A stretch of 17,898 bases of DNA from a virus (taxonomy: Duplodnaviria; Heunggongvirae; Uroviricota; Caudoviricetes). This document shows positions 7,991-14,925 of the stretch, in pieces. The stretch is from positions 81,814 through 99,711 of IMG/VR virus record IMGVR_UViG_3300009131_000001; one strand, written 5' to 3'. Below the pieces are notes generated by a model. The model worked only from the letters and a program-made list of their open reading frames with translations. It had not been told where the DNA came from and searched no databases. How positions within the stretch are numbered: the first letter of the stretch is position 1; the number at the start of each line of letters is the position of its first letter. Position numbers and translations under genes: made by a program.

Positions 7991-8457
7991 TGGATAAGAC
8001 TAGTCTAAGTAGAGTCGCTTTAATGCATCCTTTATTACGTACAGAATTAACTAATATTCTTAGTGAAATAGAACGAGGTGGAGTTAGTATTAGACTTACA
8101 CAAACACTTAGAACTATCCAAGAACAAAATGATTTATACGCAATTGGTAGAACCAAACCTGGTAAAATAGTTACTAATGCTAGAGGTGGTATAAGCTACC
8201 ATAATTATGGATTGGCTTGTGATTTCTGTCTGCTACATAAAGATGGCAGTATATCATGGAATATGCATGAAGATTTAGATAAAGATAGTATTGCTGATTG
8301 GATGGAAGTAGTTAAAATATTTAAGAAATATGGATGGAAATGGGGAGGTGATTTTTTAAAAATTGTCGATACCCCACATTTTGAAAAAACATTTGGTAAA
8401 TCTATAAAAGATTTACAGAATTGTAAGAAGGATAAAGATGGATACCCTATAATTTAA
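7990..8457 (+). CDS. Endolysin, M15 family L-Ala-D-Glu peptidase (CwlK/Ply500-like)
   Basis: Motifs RTIQEQNDLYAIGRTKPGKIVTNARGG, SYHNYGLACD (zinc ligands H and D), KWGGDF and DTPHFE (third ligand H). No signal peptide or cell-wall-binding domain is apparent. Confidence 0.92.
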   Translation: MDKTSLSRVALMHPLLRTELTNILSEIERGGVSIRLTQTLRTIQEQNDLYAIGRTKPGKIVTNARGGISYHNYGLACDFCLLHKDGSISWNMHEDLDKDSIADWMEVVKIFKKYGWKWGGDFLKIVDTPHFEKTFGKSIKDLQNCKKDKDGYPII

Positions 8458-8462
8458 TTGAT

Positions 8463-8669
8463 ATGAAATTTGGATTAAAACATTATTGGAAACCTACTCC
8501 TTTAAAAATGAGGAAACTAGGTGATAGTATAGCAGTTGCTTGTGGTAGTATTAGTGGACTAGCATATATTGGACAAGCCCCTACTTGGGTAATAACATCT
8601 TTAATTATTGCCGCATTTGTAGGTAAGTTTATTACTAACTACTTTACTGAGGATGAGAAAGAAGGATAA
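8463..8669 (+). CDS. Putative holin (two hydrophobic helices)
   Basis: 68 aa directly after the endolysin: basic N-terminus YWKPTPLKMRKLGD, two hydrophobic segments, and a charged tail TEDEKEG. Confidence 0.7.
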   Translation: MKFGLKHYWKPTPLKMRKLGDSIAVACGSISGLAYIGQAPTWVITSLIIAAFVGKFITNYFTEDEKEG

Positions 8670-9222
8670 TATATACTTGGGAATAATACTGGTTCTTATT
8701 GGGCTAGTATTATTCTCTTTTAATAGGAATGTAAAGCCTAATACTATTATTACTACTAAAGTAGACACAATAAAAATAGTTAAGGATACCACTATATATA
8801 AAAAGAAGTTGGTTGCTTACAGAGTAGATTCAATTGTTGTAGATACTATCACTACTCCAGATACACTACTAAGAGAGGCTTATGTAGAACTTGTTAAAAA
8901 GTATAATCTAACAAGAAGTTATCTAGATACTGTATACAAAGATTCTCTTAATAGTGTGGCTATATCAGAACAGTGCAGTAAAAATGAAATACTGAATAGA
9001 AAGGTTAATGTAAGTATTCAGAATAGAATAGTTAATAAGACTACAACTATTGAGAGGAGTAACTACTATAATGGATTAGGACTTGGTGGTATAATAACGG
9101 CAAATTCGATAACTCCAAGTATTGCGTATTCAACTAAAAATTTTATATATTTAGGTGGGTATGATTTACAGGAAAAAAATATTAAATTAGGCTTATTCTA
9201 TAAATTTAATTTTAGGAAATAA
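8653..9222 (+). CDS. Membrane-anchored lysis-cassette protein, candidate spanin-like
   Basis: 189 aa: N-terminal TM (IYLGIILVLIGLVLFSF), a D-T/S-rich stalk, and four amphipathic beta strands at the C-terminus ending KLGLFYKF. Third gene of the endolysin-holin cluster. Confidence 0.6.
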   Translation: MRKKDNIYLGIILVLIGLVLFSFNRNVKPNTIITTKVDTIKIVKDTTIYKKKLVAYRVDSIVVDTITTPDTLLREAYVELVKKYNLTRSYLDTVYKDSLNSVAISEQCSKNEILNRKVNVSIQNRIVNKTTTIERSNYYNGLGLGGIITANSITPSIAYSTKNFIYLGGYDLQEKNIKLGLFYKFNFRK

Positions 9223-9923
9223 TGACTCTTAGAGAACTGTCATATAGGTTAATGGATTTATACAGAAATAGCTCTGGTAATAAAGATGCAGATAATCTGG
9301 ATTTAAGACATATGATATCTTTCATCACCACGTGCCGTGCTAGATTTATCAAGCAGAGAATTCAGAAAGGAATGTACTTTCCAGATGAAACTGTACTGCA
9401 AACACTAACTGCTGAGGAATTTCAACTTATTAAATCCAATACCTACAATGTAGTTATTGATAATATTAGTATGAATGATTTGGGTAGGGATATTTTAGTA
9501 AGTGTTAGAAATATACCTAAAACTATTGCTAATAATAATAGCTACGGAATATGGTCTAGGGTAAGCCCTAGTGATATGCTTAATGTAAGAATTAATATGT
9601 GTAATATTGAAAAGGCATTAAGTAGTGGTTATGGTAAATTCAATAATACTGAGATATATGGATTTGAGTATAATGGCAAAGTTTACATAACTTCAAAGAA
9701 TCCAAGCGTTTTAGAAACAATTACTAGACTGGATATGAGGGGATTATTTGAATCTCCTCTAGAAGTTATGGCAATGCAAAACCCTACATTACTTGAGGAA
9801 GAGTTGTGGGATTTACCATACCCTATAGATATATCTTTAGTAGATGATATTGAGAAAGCAATTATAATGGAGAAGCTTCAAATACCAATGGAAGCAAAAT
9901 CTCCAGAGTTTCCGAAAGAGTAA
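9222..9923 (+). CDS. crAss-like tail ring protein (crAss001 gp40-like)
   Basis: 233 aa with N-terminus MTLRELSYRLMDLY...LDLRHMISFITTCRARFIKQ, GFEYNGKVYI, and LFESPLEV...YPIDISLVDDIEKAI. Lies upstream of the IHF/ring/muzzle block, as in crAss-like genomes. Confidence 0.7.
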   Translation: MTLRELSYRLMDLYRNSSGNKDADNLDLRHMISFITTCRARFIKQRIQKGMYFPDETVLQTLTAEEFQLIKSNTYNVVIDNISMNDLGRDILVSVRNIPKTIANNNSYGIWSRVSPSDMLNVRINMCNIEKALSSGYGKFNNTEIYGFEYNGKVYITSKNPSVLETITRLDMRGLFESPLEVMAMQNPTLLEEELWDLPYPIDISLVDDIEKAIIMEKLQIPMEAKSPEFPKE

Positions 9924-9945
9924 GAATAGTAATAAATAGAATTAT

Positions 9946-10503
9946 ATGTACTTTAAGAGGAAGGAAGGTAAATATAAGTCTGATGTTAAGACAAAGGATA
10001 TTTATAATTTCTATAGTGAAAAAGTAAAGAATCCTTTGTCTGCTTTAGACTTTTCAAAGATTATTCAAGAAGTAAATAAAAACTGTATCTATAAGTTAGC
10101 ACTTACAGGAGAAGAGTTTAGAATGCCCTATGGATTAGGAGTTCTTTATGTAGCCAAGAGAAAGATACATCTTAAATTAAATGAGGATGGTAGTCTTTAC
10201 CTAAAGAACCTTAAGATAGATTGGAAGAAAACTAAGGAATTATGGGAAAAGAAGTATCCAGGATTAACTAGTGAGGAGATTATTGAGATTAAGGATAAGC
10301 CTAAAGTATTCTACTTAAATGAGCATTCTAATAAGTATAGAATGGTATACTGTTGGGATAGGAGGACTTCTAATATGAAAAATCAATCTCTGTACTTATT
10401 TAGAGTAGTTAGAACTCTTAAAGCAGAAGTGGCTAAATACTTTGTGGAGAGTGGGAATACAGATTACTATGAATTAAAACCAAGTACTAAAAATAAACAA
10501 TAA
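9946..10503 (+). CDS. crAss-like IHF/HU-family DNA-binding protein
   Basis: 185 aa, basic, with EFRMPYGLGVLYVAKRK (HU/IHF-like arm), IDWKKTKELW and FYLNEHSNKYRMVYCW. Canonical position just before the tail tubular gene. Confidence 0.8.
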   Translation: MYFKRKEGKYKSDVKTKDIYNFYSEKVKNPLSALDFSKIIQEVNKNCIYKLALTGEEFRMPYGLGVLYVAKRKIHLKLNEDGSLYLKNLKIDWKKTKELWEKKYPGLTSEEIIEIKDKPKVFYLNEHSNKYRMVYCWDRRTSNMKNQSLYLFRVVRTLKAEVAKYFVESGNTDYYELKPSTKNKQ

Positions 10504-11279
10504 TGCTAAATCAAGGAACTATTACATACAAGGCTGTTATTGAAAAGATGCAGCGTGATACAGGATTTACACAATTCTACGAGGATGAGTGTAAGGAGTG
10601 GTTATGGGAAGTTATGAGTTTAATTGGCCTTAATAGTCTCCTTGTTAATACTCAAACAGATATTACCATAGAAGATTATAGAGGGGTTCTACCTATTAAC
10701 CTAGAAACTATTCTAGGAGTTAAGAATCAGGTTACTGATGCCCCTATTATTAAAGAACTTGGAATATATAATAAGCAGCTACAAAGTAATCAAGATGCCG
10801 ATGTAACTAGGGTTATTAGTGATGGGGTTAGCTATACCTCAGTAGATGGTACAATTATTCCAGACTTATCTCACACTATGGTTGATATTGTTAGACCTAC
10901 ACCATCTAACTATGGCAGCTTAAGGTATAGAATTCAAGGACAGTATATTTTTATAGATGGGCTAGAAAATGGTACAATTACTGTTGCTTATACAGCATTT
11001 CCCATAGAAGATAACTCTCCTGTAATCCCCAATGATGCTAAAATCCTAGAGATGTGTTCTTGGTATATAGCTAATAAGGTAGCAATGAGGCTAATGATTA
11101 GGGGGGAGATAAATTCAGGAGTGGCTGATAGAATAGAGCAACAATACTTATTCTATGCTAAATCTGCTAGAATTAAAGCACTTACACCTAATTATGCTAT
11201 GATGGAAGCCATGAAGATGAGGATGGGATTAATTCCAGATACCACTAGATACTCCAACGGATTCTCAAATAAATACTAA
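10503..11279 (+). CDS. Tail tubular/ring protein (P22 gp4-like; crAss001 gp43-like)
   Basis: 258 aa with motifs ITYKAVIEKMQRD...EWLWEVMSLIG, IEDYRGVLP and VAYTAFPIEDNSPVIPND...WYIANK. Synteny IHF-ring-muzzle. Confidence 0.8.
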   Translation: MLNQGTITYKAVIEKMQRDTGFTQFYEDECKEWLWEVMSLIGLNSLLVNTQTDITIEDYRGVLPINLETILGVKNQVTDAPIIKELGIYNKQLQSNQDADVTRVISDGVSYTSVDGTIIPDLSHTMVDIVRPTPSNYGSLRYRIQGQYIFIDGLENGTITVAYTAFPIEDNSPVIPNDAKILEMCSWYIANKVAMRLMIRGEINSGVADRIEQQYLFYAKSARIKALTPNYAMMEAMKMRMGLIPDTTRYSNGFSNKY

Positions 11280-14200
11280 TGGAAAAGATATATCACAATT
11301 TTGCAGGAATGGATTTGGATACTTCTCCCGAGAAGTTTAATCCTAACTACTATAGTACAGCGTATAATGTAAGAATAGGCTCCAATATAGGGAGCCTTCC
11401 TTCTGAAGGAACGGATAATAAAAAGGGAAGTCTAGAAGGATTAAAAGGAATTAATGCCACACTATCGGGGCTATTTACAGATACGGATTGTAAAATAATT
11501 GCCCTAACTAAGATTAGAGATAATGTAGTATTTATTTTATCTACCTCTACCACTCAATCCATATATAATATATTAGAATCTGATTTAAAGAATTCGACTA
11601 CTCCGACCTCATTTTTTACATGGAATAAATCTAGCTTAACTTTAAATGAAGATACTACCACAATACTAGGTAGATATGAAACAGATAAGTTGATTAAGGT
11701 ATACATTACTGATGGAGATACATATTTAAAGTCTATTAATTTATCAGCAACTGCTCCAACAGATATTAAGCAACTTGAAGTATTTAAACCAGTTGAAATT
11801 AACTCTTCGCCATCTTTCACAGTAACTACGGGAGGAAGTTTGAAAGCTGGTAATATAGCGTATGGAATACAGTACTACTCATTAAATGGAAGTGCTTCTA
11901 ATTATATTCCAGTAGGCCCTCTACTTCCAATATTGAGAGGGGATATTAATGACTCTAAAGTTCTAGTTGGAGGGACTTTAAATGAAGTAACTGATAAAGC
12001 AACTAGTATAACTATTCCATATGTTCCTAGCAGTAGCGGATTTAACTATGCAAAAGTGGTTAGAATCCATTATACAATACTTGGAGAAGTTCCTTCTATA
12101 ACTGTGGTATATGATGGGGCTATTAGTAATACTCTAGATACTGTAATTACTGATTCTGGGCAATTTATAGAATCAGTTACTCCTGAGGAATACGCATTAA
12201 TTACCAATCCTTTTAAATGTAAAACTATTGAGCAAAAGAATAATATACTTTTTGCTGGTAATATTCTTCAACAAGAGTTTGATGTAGATTATGATGCTAG
12301 AATTAGAAGATATAATTCTTTAGGCAGTGCCTACTCTGGGGATTTAAACCCATATAATGACTCTACAAAAACTACATTTACTGATGGTGAAAAATACACT
12401 TATGCATCAGATGGGCATACGGTAGGAGGTAGTGGGGTAAATGGTGTATACAATGTTTTTAGAACGAATATTCCAGTATATAATACTATAGATAAAAAAC
12501 CTGTATATACCACCAATATTTACAAAAGAAGTCTTCAAAGAGGTGAGATTTATGGATTTGCTTTAGTTGGATTTGATGAATATATGAGGCCATCATTTGC
12601 CAAGTTTATCGATGATATTAAAATTCCTGGATATAATGAAAGAATAGAGGATAGGTTAGAAACTGCTAGAGCTTTAAATACTACTATAAGTAACGTAATA
12701 CATCAAGAAGCTGTATATATTAATTTTGGCTTTAATAATTTACCTTCATCTGTAAAATATTGTGCAATAGTAAGAACTAGTAGAGAGGGAGGAGATGGAT
12801 GTATTACTGACATGGGTATTGCTACTCCTCTTAGAGACTATGAAGGAAATACTCCAGGAGTACTTTTTTGCCCAGTCTCTAATATTGCAGGACAAAGTAC
12901 TTTGAGGGTTAACTCTGAATCTATACAGTCTTTTTATGAAGTAATAACTCCAAAAGCCCTTGTAAATAAATCACTACCTAATTTTGATGCAGTACACTAT
13001 TTTGTATCTGGGGGAAATGATTTAAGTACAGGCCCATATACAGTACTTAACTATCAAGAAGATTCTGCTCTTAATGAGGCAGTATACAAGACAGAAACTT
13101 TAATAGCTTCTAACACAATTACTAATTCAGGTAGGGTTACTTTATTAGATAAAAAATATTATCCATATAATACAAATAAAGATTCTCTATTTCAAATAGG
13201 AAGTAAGACAGTTAAATCTGCAACAACTTTAGTTGGGGATACTCATACAGGATTTAAAGGAACATGCGTATTAATTAATACACAATCTACCATTACCCCT
13301 GTTACTTCAGATGTATTATTTCCCCCCATGGTATGCCTAGTTAAAAATACTTATCCTTATGGAGGAAGTACTCCACAGGCGATAGAGCAGAGAAATTGGA
13401 TATTAAGTAGTCCAATTACACGAGTTGTTGACGGTAGTGTAACTTTAACTACTAATGGATGGGGGGATACATACTCACAAATAGCAACAAATCCTAGAAT
13501 ATTAATAGATGTTGTAGGGGCAGATTTCCCAAAAGATATGGGAAATACTGTATATATTCCTTTTGAAAGTCAGGTACTTTTAAAGGGTATAGTAGGTAAA
13601 ACCTTTGAAAATTATTTTACTTCTGGAGTATCGGTACTAACTCAACCTTTTAGATTAATGCAAGAATCTAAAGGAGTGTGGACTAATGTTACTTCAGACC
13701 CAACATTAAATTCCTTTACTCAAGAAAATGATCTATACGGATATAATTCTGCCTACTCTACTGATAACAAATCAAAAGTTTATATAACAAAACCATCCAT
13801 ATATGTACCACAAAATACATTTGATTGTACAGTAATTAATAGTGATAGAAAAATTAATGGTGAACTTATTGATAGTTGGACTATATTTAGACCAAATAAT
13901 AAGATTGAATTAGATACTTCCAGAGGAAGTTTGACATCATTGGTTAACCTAAATAATACTCTATTCTTTATTCAGGAAAGCGGGGCTGGTACACTAGCAG
14001 TAGATGAAAGAGAGTTAATACCTTCTAGTAATACTGGTAGCTTGTATTTAGGTACTGGAGGAGTTTTAACAAGATTTGACTATATATTCACTAACTATGG
14101 GGCTAAGAATCAACATAGTATAGATAGTACTAACAGTTATATATACTTCTATGATTCAGCATCAGGTAAATTCTGTAGAATGAATACTCAACAGGTGGAT

Positions 14201-14902
14201 ATTATGTCTGACACAATGAGCTGTAAATCCTACTTTTCTAAACTATTGTATAGTTTACCTCAAAATCCTGATAGACAGTACTATATAGGAGCAGACAATA
14301 TTAAGCAGGAACTTTACTTAAAACCCTCAGATGGTAATGGTATAGTATTTAATGAGTTATGGAATTCATTCTCATCACTAACAACTATTCCATTTAATAG
14401 AATATTTACCACTAAGGATATAATGTACTTTACTATTCCATATAACACAGCACTATCTCCATTTACAGGTAATGGGGGATATTTGTATTCTCTTGCATCA
14501 TATAGTAATATGGATGTTACTAATGAACATGCAAATGACCTAGAATACTCTTTAGATAAATCTGTAGAGTTTATTAGTTCAGGACAAGTGCCAATGAGAT
14601 TAGATTTAGTTGAATGGACTTCTAAGAATTATACTCCTTTATCTAATACTGATATAGAAGAAAAATATGAGATTTATGAAGAAGATATAATGTTTAAAGA
14701 ATTTACTGACTCAAATTCTAATCCAAATCCAAGATTTTTTAACAAAAAAAGGTACAACCAAATATATAATGTTAATAACAGACAAAGATGTAAAGGAAAT
14801 TATTTTAAAATAAAGTATATTGGCAACTATGATAAATTAAAAAAATCTAATTTTACACTTAATAGTTTTAATGTATATATTACACCTTTACTAAATAGAT
14901 AA
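11279..14902 (+). CDS. Muzzle / tail stabilisation protein (P22 gp10-like; crAss001 gp44-like)
   Basis: 1207 aa with N-terminal FAGMDLD...YSTAYNVRI, central YKRSLQRGEIYGFALVGFDEYMRPSFAKFIDDIKIP, DSWTIFRPNNKIELDTSRGSLTSL, and C-terminal RCKGNYFKIKY. Size and position fit. Confidence 0.85.
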   Translation: MEKIYHNFAGMDLDTSPEKFNPNYYSTAYNVRIGSNIGSLPSEGTDNKKGSLEGLKGINATLSGLFTDTDCKIIALTKIRDNVVFILSTSTTQSIYNILESDLKNSTTPTSFFTWNKSSLTLNEDTTTILGRYETDKLIKVYITDGDTYLKSINLSATAPTDIKQLEVFKPVEINSSPSFTVTTGGSLKAGNIAYGIQYYSLNGSASNYIPVGPLLPILRGDINDSKVLVGGTLNEVTDKATSITIPYVPSSSGFNYAKVVRIHYTILGEVPSITVVYDGAISNTLDTVITDSGQFIESVTPEEYALITNPFKCKTIEQKNNILFAGNILQQEFDVDYDARIRRYNSLGSAYSGDLNPYNDSTKTTFTDGEKYTYASDGHTVGGSGVNGVYNVFRTNIPVYNTIDKKPVYTTNIYKRSLQRGEIYGFALVGFDEYMRPSFAKFIDDIKIPGYNERIEDRLETARALNTTISNVIHQEAVYINFGFNNLPSSVKYCAIVRTSREGGDGCITDMGIATPLRDYEGNTPGVLFCPVSNIAGQSTLRVNSESIQSFYEVITPKALVNKSLPNFDAVHYFVSGGNDLSTGPYTVLNYQEDSALNEAVYKTETLIASNTITNSGRVTLLDKKYYPYNTNKDSLFQIGSKTVKSATTLVGDTHTGFKGTCVLINTQSTITPVTSDVLFPPMVCLVKNTYPYGGSTPQAIEQRNWILSSPITRVVDGSVTLTTNGWGDTYSQIATNPRILIDVVGADFPKDMGNTVYIPFESQVLLKGIVGKTFENYFTSGVSVLTQPFRLMQESKGVWTNVTSDPTLNSFTQENDLYGYNSAYSTDNKSKVYITKPSIYVPQNTFDCTVINSDRKINGELIDSWTIFRPNNKIELDTSRGSLTSLVNLNNTLFFIQESGAGTLAVDERELIPSSNTGSLYLGTGGVLTRFDYIFTNYGAKNQHSIDSTNSYIYFYDSASGKFCRMNTQQVDIMSDTMSCKSYFSKLLYSLPQNPDRQYYIGADNIKQELYLKPSDGNGIVFNELWNSFSSLTTIPFNRIFTTKDIMYFTIPYNTALSPFTGNGGYLYSLASYSNMDVTNEHANDLEYSLDKSVEFISSGQVPMRLDLVEWTSKNYTPLSNTDIEEKYEIYEEDIMFKEFTDSNSNPNPRFFNKKRYNQIYNVNNRQRCKGNYFKIKYIGNYDKLKKSNFTLNSFNVYITPLLNR

Positions 14903-14925
14903 ATAATATAAAAACATTATAGATT

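Noticed and set aside
7974-8792. Minus-strand ORFs 7974..8156 and 8601..8792, considered as embedded Rz1-like genes
   Set aside because: Antisense, with no lipobox. Embedded o-spanins are normally same-strand lipoproteins.
11350-11820. Two abutting minus-strand ORFs suggesting stop read-through
   Set aside because: Shadow ORFs inside the conserved muzzle gene; their translations are not protein-like.
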